Positions 37,577-47,160 of a stretch of 64,000 nt of DNA are shown here, one piece after another. Under the pieces are notes generated by a model. It was not told where the DNA came from. It worked only from the letters and a program-made list of their open reading frames with translations, and ran no database searches. The stretch is taken from positions 105,156 through 169,155 of the forward strand of contig CAWBMN010000018.1 of the NCBI GenBank assembly GCA_963789945.1. Direction: 5' to 3'. Origin of the DNA: an uncultured beta proteobacterium. GTDB lineage: Bacteria; Pseudomonadota; Gammaproteobacteria; Burkholderiales; JACQAP01. Positions within the stretch are counted from its first letter, which is position 1; each line of letters begins with the position of its first letter. Position numbers and translations under genes: made by a program.

Positions 37577-37615
37577 TGGAAAAACGTATTGCCCCACGGT
37601 GGGCATTTCAACCCC

Positions 37616-40600
37616 TCAATAGACCTCCCGGAAATACAGGAACTGGTCGGTATTCTTGAAGATCCCGAAGGTGGCCCGCGCACGCGGATCCTCGTTGTAC
37701 GTGCCGCTGCCCCAGTTGCCTTGGAGCCACGTTTTGTTGGCCGCCGTTGCGGCACTGCTCGTTGCCGAGGTACAGGTGTTGCCCAAGGCGACAGCCCCAA
37801 GATTGACCGTCAGATCCACAGCGCCGTTCTTGTTGCTGCCGGGCGTGGTGAGCTTCACGCCCGTATTTCCGGCCGTGAATGTCAGCGTGCTGCCGGGATT
37901 CAGATGCGTGTCGCAGGCGGCCAGGTTCGGGCCGACAAAACTGAAAGCAATGTCGCTGGCGGCAAGCGTGGTGCAGTTGTCGGCGGTGTTGGTGACGAAA
38001 AAGTTGCCGTCGAAGTACTGGGTCGAGAGCGGCAGGGGCAGGTCGAGCAGGCTGCTGCCGAAGGCGTTGTTCAACCGCAGGCGGCCGAAACGAACTTCGG
38101 TCGTCACTCCGAGGTTGGTCCGCTCGTTGACGCTATTGCCGTCCGCGTCGAAATTGAGCGTGTTCATTGCGACACCGTCCGAATCGATTGGTGCGATACC
38201 GAATTGCACTGCCGTGTAGGGTCCGTCCGGATCGTCGGGCGTGGCCCGGCGGATGCCGGTGACGGCGGTGACAGTGGCGAGGCCGCTCGCCCAGTTCCCT
38301 GAAGGGCTCGTTCCCGAATCGACGCGTGAAATCAGATTGGTGGTCCCGCTCTTCGCGCCAAAATTAAAGTTTGCGAAAGTCCCAATCGCGAGCTTGGCGT
38401 AGCCACCGTTATAGTTCAGCGTCGTGGCGCCTTGAGTGTTACGGGCGACCAGCGTGAACCCAAGGCTCAGCCCCTCGTTCATATGGGTGAATGTAGAGGC
38501 GCAGAGCGTCGCGGAGCGGTTGGTGAGGGTCGGCGTTCCGCTGATGGCGAAATTCTTGGGCCGGAAACGGCCGACATAACCGCCCGCACCGCCGCCGTCC
38601 AGGCCGCTGTCGCCTGCGATGTCCGCATCCGCAGCACCCAGATAGTCATTCAAGGCAGCGGTGAAAATGACGTTGCCCGCCTCGCTGTAACACCAATCTG
38701 CGGCGGTCGCCGTTCCCCCGGACAGTGCGATGGTCGCCGCGCTCGCGCAGGTTGCGCCGCGCGAGACGGAGCCCAGCGCGATGCCCGGCAGGTTGGAACT
38801 GGGAGAAACGCTGACGGTCGCAGCGAAATTCGGCACCGTACCGTTATCGGAGATGTTCGAGCCCGCATCCGGCACGCCATCGTTGTTCGTGTCCTCTCCC
38901 GCGGCCCACCGGTACGCCCGTACTGTCATCGAAAAGTTGTCACCGGCGGCTCCGATCAGCGATCCTGCGGCCGTGTTGCTGTGCCCGATGCCGGGAAAGG
39001 TCAAGCCGAAGGGCCGGACGACGAACTGGTTCGAGGAGCCCACTGCCTCGAATCCCGCGACATCCGGATCGAGGTCATGGCGCGCGTGCAGCGAGATCTG
39101 GCCCGCATCCGGGTAAGTGATCACCGTGTCGGCTTCGGAGGCGGCGTTGAATGTGAGCGACACGCCTGTGTAGGCAGCCGCTCCCGTCCCGCCGTTGTTG
39201 GCGCTGGTCGTGATGTTGCTGCCGTTGACGCTCACCTGGAGGCCTGCGCAGCTCGACGGGCTATTGCATTCCGCGCCAAGGTCCACGCTGCGCGTCTGGC
39301 TGGCAAACAATCCGGTGCATGACCCCGTCACTGTGTCGGTGCGGATCGCCTGGACGCGAACCGTCTTAGCGTTGTACCCGGTGTTGGAAGGCTTACCGGA
39401 GATCTGCGTCGGGATGGCGGTATTGCCGTCGGTCACGTTACGAAATTGGAAGCCAGCTTGCACCATTGTGAACAAGGGGTCTTCAGAGGCGGTAGCGGTG
39501 CCGGTCGCTTCCGAGAGCCCTCCACCGCTCACATTGAAATGGAACGTTTCCGTGGCCGCAACGAGATTGGCGTAGCGGAACGACAGTAGAACCGAGTTGG
39601 AGCCTGGGACGAATTGGTAGGTCGCAGCCCCGTCACCGGCCGTCGTGTCGGTGAGCGTACCGCCACCCGCGAGGATTCCGGTCCACGTCCCCCGCGCGTT
39701 GCTGGTGGACAGGGTCAAGAGCGTCAAGTTAGCGTCCACCGCGACATGGCTCGCGTCGTGCGCTGTGATGGTGATGTCATGGGTATCGCAGGCGATGCCG
39801 CTGCCGGCGTGGCTGATGGAAAAGTGGTCGATCAGCGAGGCGCAGGGCCGGGTCGCGTTCATGTACTGCTGGATTCGTCCTGGCCCGAGCGCCTGCCGGA
39901 ATACGCGTACTTCGTCGATGGCCCCCGCGAAATTGCGTCCGGCGAAGCCCTGGTCGGCGGCTACCTGGAAGGGCATGGCGTTGACCACCAGGGCCGCCGT
40001 CTGGTTGTTGGTGTTGGCGTCCTGCACCCCGTTGAGGTAGATGCGCTGGAAGCCGCCAGCGCGCGAGTAGACCAGCGTTACGTGGGTCCAGGTATTGAGG
40101 GGGACCACGCCGGCCGAAAACAACTCCGTCACGCCGCCGCCCCACCACCAGTCCACCGTTCCGGTCGAGGTCAGGTGCGCCTCGTAGTTCTGGTCCTTCG
40201 ACATCCAGGATTTCAGTAAGCCCGCCGCCGGGTAGGCTGTGGGGCGCAGCCAGGCCATCACCGTCAACTCGTCCGTGATATCCAGCAGGGCATTGTCGGC
40301 CCGTTGCACGTAGTCGTTGTTGCCGTCGAAGGCACCGTAGTGGCAGGTGCCCGGATTGCCGGGGATCGCCCGCGTGACGTTGGCGGTCGCGGCGCCGCCG
40401 AATGCCTGCCCGTGCAGGTTGCTGCCGCTCGTATCCAGCACCTCGCCCGCGGTGCCGTTCCACAGCAACTGGTCCATTGTCCACTCCAGCACTGGAGGCA
40501 ACGCGTTCGGTCGCAGCGCCAGGATCTGGGCCACGCCGACGTCGCCGTTGGCCGCCGCTGTGGCCAACTTGTTGCCGGTTGCGCCGGCCGCAGCCTGCGC

Positions 40601-41881
40601 CACTTCGTTCATTGAGAGCGAGATGCCGCCGGTGCCGCCGCCCGAGTTGAGGTCCACGCGCTCGGTCATCCCCGTGGGCGTCCAGGTGGACGAAGAGCTG
40701 AAGCTGTGCGTGCTGATCACCATCGTGTCCGGCACGGTTGTCGTCACGCCGGTCGCGCGGTGCTGCAGGTTCGTGTCGCCGCCCAGCGGCGTGGCGTTGC
40801 CGGAGAAAATGTCGACCGGAGTCGTATTGTCGACGTTGTCGTAGGTCACGATACCGCCGACAGCGCCCGTATGCGCCGCGCTGAATGTCCAGGTGTAGCT
40901 GGCGGGCTCGGCGCCGGCGACCACGCGCGTGTAGATCGCCTGGCGACTCGCGTTGGCAGCGGCCTGGACGGTGGTGTTCTGCAGGGTCCAGCCGGTGGGC
41001 GTGCTGATGGTAGCCCCAGAGCCGGTAACCGCGATCGCGGCGACCATTACGTCACCGGTTGTGGTCCCGGCCGGCACGTTGACCGTGAGTGAGGCGTCCG
41101 CTGGCTGCAGCGCAATCGTCAGGAACGCGTTGATCGAGCTGGTCACGGTTGCCGTAGTGTTGCCGGTCGCGCCCGCCGTGGCCTTGACGCCGTCCCAGAC
41201 CGCGAATCCGCCGCCATTGTTCGACGTCGTACCTGCATCGGACCGCTCGGCGATGCCCGTGAGGGTCGCGTTCGCCTGCGCACTGAACGCCGCCGCATTC
41301 GAGTCATTGTCCCGCGCGACCGCCTGGACAACGAGCGTGTTGGGCACGCTGGTCGTCACGCCGGTCACCGAGACTGCGGTGCTGGCGGCCGCCTTGACGC
41401 CGCCCGCCGTGACATCCCAGGGATTGCCGGTGGCGACCGCGCCCCGGTACGTGATGATCTGCGCGTACACGTGATTGCCGGGGTCCGCCACCGTCGGCGC
41501 TGCCATCGCCGCCGAGGTCGCGCGCGCCCAGAACACCGTGATCTGCGTACCCGCTGTGCCGGCGCCGGTTGCCTGGGGACTATTCGCAACCGCAACGAAC
41601 CCTGCAGGAGCGGAGAGGGTTGCTGCCTCGCCGCCCGCGCTCTCGATAAAGAGAAGCGCCACATCGCCGGCCACATGCGCTGGCCACGTCGGCGTGACGG
41701 TCCCCGTCGCGGTCACGGCCGTTCCTGCCGCCTGGAACGTCGGAGCCGGCGGGCCTGACGCGGAACTCGCCGAGGCCGCGGCACGGAACGTAATTTGCGC
41801 ATGCGCGGTCCCAGCCGTGGTCGCGCACGCAACCAGCAGAAACGCCAGTATCGTTTTCACAAAGCTATTCATTCCAGTCAT
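37616..41881 (-). CDS. mshQ: Giant MshQ-like pilus-associated protein (signal peptide, duplicated N-terminal module, LamG domain, large C-terminal region)
   Basis: About 1420 aa. Signal peptide MNSFVKTILAFLLVACATTAGTAHA. LamG-like segment (LTVMAWLRP...VTLVY...IDEVRVF). Last gene of the pilin block, as mshQ is in Vibrio. The start could be 41872, 41881 or 41920. Confidence 0.7.
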   Translation of the reverse strand: MTGMNSFVKTILAFLLVACATTAGTAHAQITFRAAASASSASGPPAPTFQAAGTAVTATGTVTPTWPAHVAGDVALLFIESAGGEAATLSAPAGFVAVANSPQATGAGTAGTQITVFWARATSAAMAAPTVADPGNHVYAQIITYRGAVATGNPWDVTAGGVKAAASTAVSVTGVTTSVPNTLVVQAVARDNDSNAAAFSAQANATLTGIAERSDAGTTSNNGGGFAVWDGVKATAGATGNTTATVTSSINAFLTIALQPADASLTVNVPAGTTTGDVMVAAIAVTGSGATISTPTGWTLQNTTVQAAANASRQAIYTRVVAGAEPASYTWTFSAAHTGAVGGIVTYDNVDNTTPVDIFSGNATPLGGDTNLQHRATGVTTTVPDTMVISTHSFSSSSTWTPTGMTERVDLNSGGGTGGISLSMNEVAQAAAGATGNKLATAAANGDVGVAQILALRPNALPPVLEWTMDQLLWNGTAGEVLDTSGSNLHGQAFGGAATANVTRAIPGNPGTCHYGAFDGNNDYVQRADNALLDITDELTVMAWLRPTAYPAAGLLKSWMSKDQNYEAHLTSTGTVDWWWGGGVTELFSAGVVPLNTWTHVTLVYSRAGGFQRIYLNGVQDANTNNQTAALVVNAMPFQVAADQGFAGRNFAGAIDEVRVFRQALGPGRIQQYMNATRPCASLIDHFSISHAGSGIACDTHDITITAHDASHVAVDANLTLLTLSTSNARGTWTGILAGGGTLTDTTAGDGAATYQFVPGSNSVLLSFRYANLVAATETFHFNVSGGGLSEATGTATASEDPLFTMVQAGFQFRNVTDGNTAIPTQISGKPSNTGYNAKTVRVQAIRTDTVTGSCTGLFASQTRSVDLGAECNSPSSCAGLQVSVNGSNITTSANNGGTGAAAYTGVSLTFNAASEADTVITYPDAGQISLHARHDLDPDVAGFEAVGSSNQFVVRPFGLTFPGIGHSNTAAGSLIGAAGDNFSMTVRAYRWAAGEDTNNDGVPDAGSNISDNGTVPNFAATVSVSPSSNLPGIALGSVSRGATCASAATIALSGGTATAADWCYSEAGNVIFTAALNDYLGAADADIAGDSGLDGGGAGGYVGRFRPKNFAISGTPTLTNRSATLCASTFTHMNEGLSLGFTLVARNTQGATTLNYNGGYAKLAIGTFANFNFGAKSGTTNLISRVDSGTSPSGNWASGLATVTAVTGIRRATPDDPDGPYTAVQFGIAPIDSDGVAMNTLNFDADGNSVNERTNLGVTTEVRFGRLRLNNAFGSSLLDLPLPLSTQYFDGNFFVTNTADNCTTLAASDIAFSFVGPNLAACDTHLNPGSTLTFTAGNTGVKLTTPGSNKNGAVDLTVNLGAVALGNTCTSATSSAATAANKTWLQGNWGSGTYNEDPRARATFGIFKNTDQFLYFREVY

Positions 41882-41965
41882 CACTTGACGGCATGCAATC
41901 GCGGCAGGTCCTCTGGTCACGCAACAAGGAGAGTCTGCAAACCGATGTGGCGTGGCTACCCAACT

Positions 41966-42421
41966 TCAACTGCCTCGTTCCAAGGTAGCCTGCAATTGTC
42001 GTTCCACGTAGAACAGGCTTCCGAGGTTGCCTTTCGATGCGGTCACCGTAAGGCGATAGATCCGGATGTTCACGCCTGCCTCGGCGGTGGCGGCGCTGCC
42101 GCACTGAACCTGCACCGCGAAGCCGCTCAGAGTCCCCGGCAGCCCGGCCAGCGCCTGGCTGAAAGGCGTCGCATACGTCGCCCCATCGCAGGAAGTTCGG
42201 AATCCGCCCGCCGGAGCCTGAAGAATCTGCCAGGCGCCCCAATCGACCCCCGCACGCGCCGCCTGATAAGCGCGCGCGCCCTCGACATCCAGCGCTTCGG
42301 CTATATGCTGGTTGGTCGAAAGGGTGGCGACATAGGCCCCGAGCAGGGTCACCACGACCAGCAGGAAAATCGCCGATATCAGCGAAAAACCTCCGCTCCG
42401 CTTACGGAACATTGCCGACAT
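41966..42421 (-). CDS. mshP: MshP-like minor pseudopilin
   Basis: Prepilin-like N-terminus RSGGFSLISAIFLLVVVTLL lacking Glu at +5. Assignment by position after mshO. Confidence 0.55.
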   Translation of the reverse strand: MSAMFRKRSGGFSLISAIFLLVVVTLLGAYVATLSTNQHIAEALDVEGARAYQAARAGVDWGAWQILQAPAGGFRTSCDGATYATPFSQALAGLPGTLSGFAVQVQCGSAATAEAGVNIRIYRLTVTASKGNLGSLFYVERQLQATLERGS

Positions 42422-43187
42422 GAACCTGTTGAACCAGATTGACCGTCTCACCGTCCTTGGTGATCGCAAGCTCCAGGGTCACCAGGCTGTTCTGTGCCGT
42501 TACACCCGCCTCGTACGTGAAGCGGCAACCTGAGAGGTTGCTGGCGATGACCCCGCTGTTGCCGGCGGGCGCAGTGGTACCAAAGCTGTAATTCCAGTAG
42601 CGGGTCAGCAAACCGCCCGCGCAGATGTAGCTCACCGGGGTGCCGACGACGTGAAAGCGCCGCGCTGGTGACGCGAAAGGGAACTGCCCTCCCGAAAAAG
42701 ACACCGTCACGAGGCCACTGCCTGCCGGAGTCGCGTCGCGGCGATTCGAGCCGTCATACGCGTTTGCGCCGGTAATTCCGAGGTTGTAGATGACGATGAA
42801 ATCATCGGCAGCGATATCCACCCCCGGACCGATCACGTCGAACGAGTTGTCCCCGGCACTGGAAAAATTGAGAAAATCTCCAGGACCATCGGCACGGTAT
42901 CGGCCGGCCGACTTGATCGGGATGAATTCGATCGCGGTATTGCCTGACGTCACCCGAATGCTGTTCGGCAGCGCCACGCGCAAATCGCGGCCTATGCGCC
43001 GCAACGCGGTATCGGCAATGTCGGTGAGTTCGGCGCGCCGGGCCACGTCCAGATAGCCTTGAATGGGGGCCCGCAGGAACACGGCAACCGCTGAGGCAAG
43101 TATCCCGGTGAGGACGATCACAATGATTGCCTCGACCAGCGTGAAGCCGCGACCGTGGGCCAGTCGAATACAGCGCCGCGTTTTCAT
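42402..43187 (-). CDS. mshO: MshO-like minor pilin
   Basis: Prepilin motif HGRG/FTLVEAIIV. Confidence 0.6.
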   Translation of the reverse strand: MKTRRCIRLAHGRGFTLVEAIIVIVLTGILASAVAVFLRAPIQGYLDVARRAELTDIADTALRRIGRDLRVALPNSIRVTSGNTAIEFIPIKSAGRYRADGPGDFLNFSSAGDNSFDVIGPGVDIAADDFIVIYNLGITGANAYDGSNRRDATPAGSGLVTVSFSGGQFPFASPARRFHVVGTPVSYICAGGLLTRYWNYSFGTTAPAGNSGVIASNLSGCRFTYEAGVTAQNSLVTLELAITKDGETVNLVQQVHVGNVP

Positions 43188-43801
43188 GGCACCGCGTTGG
43201 GCGCGTAACGAGTTCGGTAACCCTGCAGCACGAGCGAGTCATTTCCCGGACCAGTCACCGTCACCGTAATCAGCAGCGATTCAGCCACCGCGATGCCGCC
43301 TAGCACCGAACCTCCCACTGCGATGGTCGCGGAGTACGCCCCAAGGCCGCCGATCGGCGCGCCGGTAATGTCGGAGATAGGACTGATGTTCAGTGCGGCG
43401 CCGTAATCATTCACATTGTCGAACGGCGTGGTGGCACTGACCCGGGTTTCGCCTTCCGGGCCCAATCCTTCAACAGTCGCCTGACATCCGGTCGGTCCAA
43501 CCGTCGCCGATGTCGCCGTGGTCGCCTGCGAATCGTCTGGGTCGCAATAGGTAAACGGCTTCGCCTGCACTTCTTCCATCAGCGCCTCGGCAATCGCCAG
43601 CATCTGTTTCTGGATCAGGGGATCAGCGCTGGCCTTGGTCGTGACGCTGAACACCATCAGGATTCCGGCAACGCCGACGCCGACGATGATGATGAACATG
43701 ATGAGTTCGACCATCGAGAGGCCGCGCTGGTCGCGGTGCGGGGAACTTTTACTGCGGGCGAGCCGGGGTTGTCCGCCTGACTGGCTAAGAAGTGCGAACA
43801 T
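43184..43801 (-). CDS. mshD: MshD-like minor pilin
   Basis: Prepilin motif QRG/LSMVELIMFIII with Glu at +5. Confidence 0.55.
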   Translation of the reverse strand: MFALLSQSGGQPRLARSKSSPHRDQRGLSMVELIMFIIIVGVGVAGILMVFSVTTKASADPLIQKQMLAIAEALMEEVQAKPFTYCDPDDSQATTATSATVGPTGCQATVEGLGPEGETRVSATTPFDNVNDYGAALNISPISDITGAPIGGLGAYSATIAVGGSVLGGIAVAESLLITVTVTGPGNDSLVLQGYRTRYAPNAVP

Positions 43802-44273
43802 AGCCGGTTTCCTGCTCCACGCTTAGTGTCTTCGACCCGTCCCCGCTGACCGTGATGGTCTGTCCCACGGTCGGGCGGCCGAGTGCGTCGAACTGAAAGT
43901 CGGTCGGCGTGGGAGAGAAAATCACTGCGCCGACACCGCCAGGATCCGGGGCAAGAACGTACGGCGCTACGCCATTCGGGCCGGCAAGGTCAACATCGCA
44001 AGGCGCCGTTGCACCAGCTGACGAAGCAAACCGAAAAGTCACTGAGTTAGCCGTGAAGGTCAGACACACGTTCCGGCGCTTGGCGATCGCCTGCTTTTGC
44101 GCAAACCGGATCCCGGAAGCAACCCGATCATAGAAACCGAGTGTGTTGTAAGCGCCGAGACCCACGAGCTTGGGAATTGCCACCACCGCGAGAATGCCCA
44201 CGAGGATCAGGGTGACTACGAGCTCGACAAGCGTGAATCCGAGGCTCCAAAATCGAAGGGCAAGCGTGGGCAT
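43785..44273 (-). CDS. mshC: MshC-like (GspH/FimT-type) minor pilin
   Basis: Start at MPTLALRFWSLG/FTLVELVV. The track start 44327 adds a spurious leader. Confidence 0.6.
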   Translation of the reverse strand: MPTLALRFWSLGFTLVELVVTLILVGILAVVAIPKLVGLGAYNTLGFYDRVASGIRFAQKQAIAKRRNVCLTFTANSVTFRFASSAGATAPCDVDLAGPNGVAPYVLAPDPGGVGAVIFSPTPTDFQFDALGRPTVGQTITVSGDGSKTLSVEQETGYVRTS

Positions 44274-44359
44274 GTGCCTACAGGTCTCGCCCCTCTGTCC
44301 TGCGCTCCTCAGCGAGGACATCCGCATTGGTCAGGCAAGGCAATCACGGCGGCATAGGA

Positions 44360-44770
44360 TTACGGGTTCGCGCAAATGTAGGTGATTGTGGCCGTGTCCC
44401 CACTATCGGTTTTTGTGAGCGTACACGTACCAGTCAGTCCGTCATTTGCGGGCGCAGCGCAAGTCTGCGTACCGGGTCCGGAGACGGTATAGCCTGTAGG
44501 CACGCCACCGGTCATCACGCCGCCGACGATTGCATTTGTGCAAGGGTCCGCTACAGCTACAGCAACACCCTTGGTCGAACTCGCCTTGCGGCCGCCATAG
44601 TTGATTGCAAAACCCGACGTCGCAGCCGATGCGACACCCGTTGTGGCTGCGGCATTTGCTTCATCAGCCAGGTCTATGAACCTGGGTAGCGCGGTTGCAG
44701 CGAGAATGCCGAGAATCACGATCACCACTACCAGTTCGATCAGGGTAAAACCGCTTTGCTTCGCTTGCAT
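44360..44770 (-). CDS. mshA: Major type IVa pilin (MshA-like)
   Basis: [25 protein letters not shown], 136 aa, four C-terminal Cys. AGGAGA RBS 6 nt upstream of the ATG at 44770. Confidence 0.75.
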   Translation of the reverse strand: MQAKQSGFTLIELVVVIVILGILAATALPRFIDLADEANAAATTGVASAATSGFAINYGGRKASSTKGVAVAVADPCTNAIVGGVMTGGVPTGYTVSGPGTQTCAAPANDGLTGTCTLTKTDSGDTATITYICANP

Positions 44771-44832
44771 TATCGTTCTCCTAATGAAAAAACACGAAAA
44801 CAATCTGTTGTTTCGCGGCGCCATGCGCGTGT

Positions 44833-45321
44833 TTACGAGCAGTCCGGCACACCGGGCAGCGTGATGACCGGCGACGCATTGGCAAGTGCCGCTGTATACG
44901 ACACGCGGCAGTTCGGCGCAGTGGCGCCGTTGATATCGATGGTGATGGTCGAACCCGCTAACGCCCCTCCCGCAGAAATGGCCACCTGGTCATTAGTGGC
45001 GTCGAGTTGCAACGCTGTAATGATGCCGGCTGCATCCGCGGTCGGATAACCGTTCACCTGGGTAACGTTTGTGCCCTCCATCGCTACGGTCGCAGCCGCC
45101 GTCGTATTCGTGGCGATAGCCTGTGCATGGGCAAGCGCCGCCGCCGAGCGTACGCCACCGTAAATTGCCTGCATCTTCGCCGTCCGCGCCTGCGTTTGCA
45201 GGGATATGTACCGCGGCAAGGCAACGGCTGCGAGAATGGCGATGATGCTGATCGTGACCACCAGCTCGATCAGGGTAAAGCCGCCACTGCGGCGCCGGGT
45301 TTGGCGTTCAATTGACCTCAT
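44833..45321 (-). CDS. mshB: Second pilin (MshB-like)
   Basis: [24 protein letters not shown] prepilin motif. Confidence 0.65.
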   Translation of the reverse strand: MRSIERQTRRRSGGFTLIELVVTISIIAILAAVALPRYISLQTQARTAKMQAIYGGVRSAAALAHAQAIATNTTAAATVAMEGTNVTQVNGYPTADAAGIITALQLDATNDQVAISAGGALAGSTITIDINGATAPNCRVSYTAALANASPVITLPGVPDCS

Positions 45322-45399
45322 CAGTATTACCCCCTCGTAGAGACAACGTTAACGCAAGAAAATCGATCCGCAAGTCAAGACGCACGATCCATGCCCGTT

Positions 45400-45927
45400 C
45401 TACTGAAACCAACCATACTCCGCGACCAGCACCAGACTTACCCAGGTTCCCGCGGACTTGGGAGAACTGTCGGTTACTGTGCCCGCACTGACCCGCATGG
45501 CCCGGTAGCGAACGCTGAAATCCCGATAAAGTGACGGCGAAAAATGCCGCCGATTGTTCACCGTGTACACCAGTTCCCGGTTCCGTTTGTCGAAATGCCA
45601 CTGTCCTTTCGCCTCGTCCGCGGGCGCAGATTCCAGTTCGCCAAGATAGTTCGGCGGCTTTTCCCCGAGCCAGTTCATCGGATTCTCGTCGGCAAGTGTC
45701 GGAATCTCGGACATCCGGTTCGCAAGAATCAGGTCCGCCACCTTGTAGCGCAAACCGGTGCGAATGTTCTCCGCCGTCGATTCCATCGCGATTTTTTCCG
45801 CGTACTCCTGGTAGTAAAGCGCGCGTTCGAGCAGCACGCCGACGACGATTCCCATGAGCGCTATGGACACGGCAAACTCCACAAAACTCGCGCCGCACTG
45901 GTTGCCGCGCACCAGGAATGCACGCAT
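45400..45927 (-). CDS. mshF: MshF-like protein with a degenerate prepilin-type N-terminus
   Basis: NQCG/ASFVEFAVSIALMGIVV (Glu at +5). Position directly after mshG. Confidence 0.5.
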   Translation of the reverse strand: MRAFLVRGNQCGASFVEFAVSIALMGIVVGVLLERALYYQEYAEKIAMESTAENIRTGLRYKVADLILANRMSEIPTLADENPMNWLGEKPPNYLGELESAPADEAKGQWHFDKRNRELVYTVNNRRHFSPSLYRDFSVRYRAMRVSAGTVTDSSPKSAGTWVSLVLVAEYGWFQ

Positions 45928-45930
45928 CGA

Positions 45931-47160
45931 TCATTTCTTCATTGCCGCCTGGCCAAGGTCCCAGATCGGCAGGAATACGCCCAGCGCAAGGATCAGCACG
46001 AGCACGCCAAGGCACAGGATCAGTATCGGCTCGATCTGCGCGCCGAGCGTCTTCAGTTCGTACTCGACCTCGCGCTGATACATGCCGGCGATTTCCTGCA
46101 TCATCTCGTCGAGCGAACCGGATTCCTCGCCCACCATCATCATCTGCAGCACCACCGGGGTGAATACCCCGGCATTGATCGCGGTGCGAAGCACGCTTTC
46201 GCCGCGCTCGACGCCTTCACGCATTTTGTCGACCCGTTCAGCGACAAAACTGTTGTCTACGGTCTGCGCCACCAGCGTCAGTCCCTGCACCACCGGCACG
46301 CCGCTGCGCATCGACAGCGCGAAGCTGCGCGAGAAACGCGCCAGCGTCGCCTTGAGGATGATCTTGCCCGCGATCGGGATGCGCAGCTTGAAACGATCCC
46401 ACGCGTACTTTCCCGCCCTGGTGCGGGTGTAGCCGCGAAACGCGAACGCCGCCCCGACCAGCGCCGCCAGCAGAAACGGCCAGCTCGAAACCATGAACTC
46501 GGAAAAACCGATTAGCACCTTTGTAATCAGCGGCAATTCGGCGTTGAAGCCCTTGTACACCTTGGCAAACGCCGGGATGACGAACAGGTTGATGATGACG
46601 ATCGCGATCGCCATCGCGACCAGAACGAATGACGGATAGCGCAACGCGGACTTCACCTGGTTGCGCATGAATTCCTGGAACTCGAGGTGATTGAACAACC
46701 GCAGGAAGATTTCCTCGAGCATGCCGGTGGTCTCGCCCACGTACACCATGGCGACGTAGAACGGCGAAAACACCTGGTCTTGCCGTTGCAGTGCCACGGA
46801 AAGCGGCCGGCCGCTGTCCAGGTTCTCGCGAATGCTCTGCAGCACCTTCCTGAATGTTGGATTGCCGCTGGACTCCTGCAGGCCCGCGAGTGCGCGCATG
46901 ATCGGCACGCCGGCCTTGAGCAGCGTGTACATCTGGCGGCTGAACAGCAGCAGGTCCTCATGGGAGACCGGGCGCTGCGTCAGCCGCTGCAACACCCCGA
47001 TCGATTCACCCGCCTGCCGGGGCCGCGTCTCGCCGATTTCCACCGGCGTGACGCCGGTGGCGAACAGCTGGGTCGCGACCGCGCCGCTGTCGGCGCCCTC
47101 GACCACGCCCTGCACCAGTTCGCCGGCAGTATTCCTGCCTGTATAGGAAAAGTAGGCCAT
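45931..47160 (-). CDS. mshG: Type II/IV secretion platform protein (GspF/PilC family)
   Basis: Start at MAYFSYTGRNTAGELVQG, sharing one nt with the mshE stop (TGATG). Two GspF repeats and three TM segments. The track ORF to 47385 is an extension into mshE. Confidence 0.9.
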   Translation of the reverse strand: MAYFSYTGRNTAGELVQGVVEGADSGAVATQLFATGVTPVEIGETRPRQAGESIGVLQRLTQRPVSHEDLLLFSRQMYTLLKAGVPIMRALAGLQESSGNPTFRKVLQSIRENLDSGRPLSVALQRQDQVFSPFYVAMVYVGETTGMLEEIFLRLFNHLEFQEFMRNQVKSALRYPSFVLVAMAIAIVIINLFVIPAFAKVYKGFNAELPLITKVLIGFSEFMVSSWPFLLAALVGAAFAFRGYTRTRAGKYAWDRFKLRIPIAGKIILKATLARFSRSFALSMRSGVPVVQGLTLVAQTVDNSFVAERVDKMREGVERGESVLRTAINAGVFTPVVLQMMMVGEESGSLDEMMQEIAGMYQREVEYELKTLGAQIEPILILCLGVLVLILALGVFLPIWDLGQAAMKK

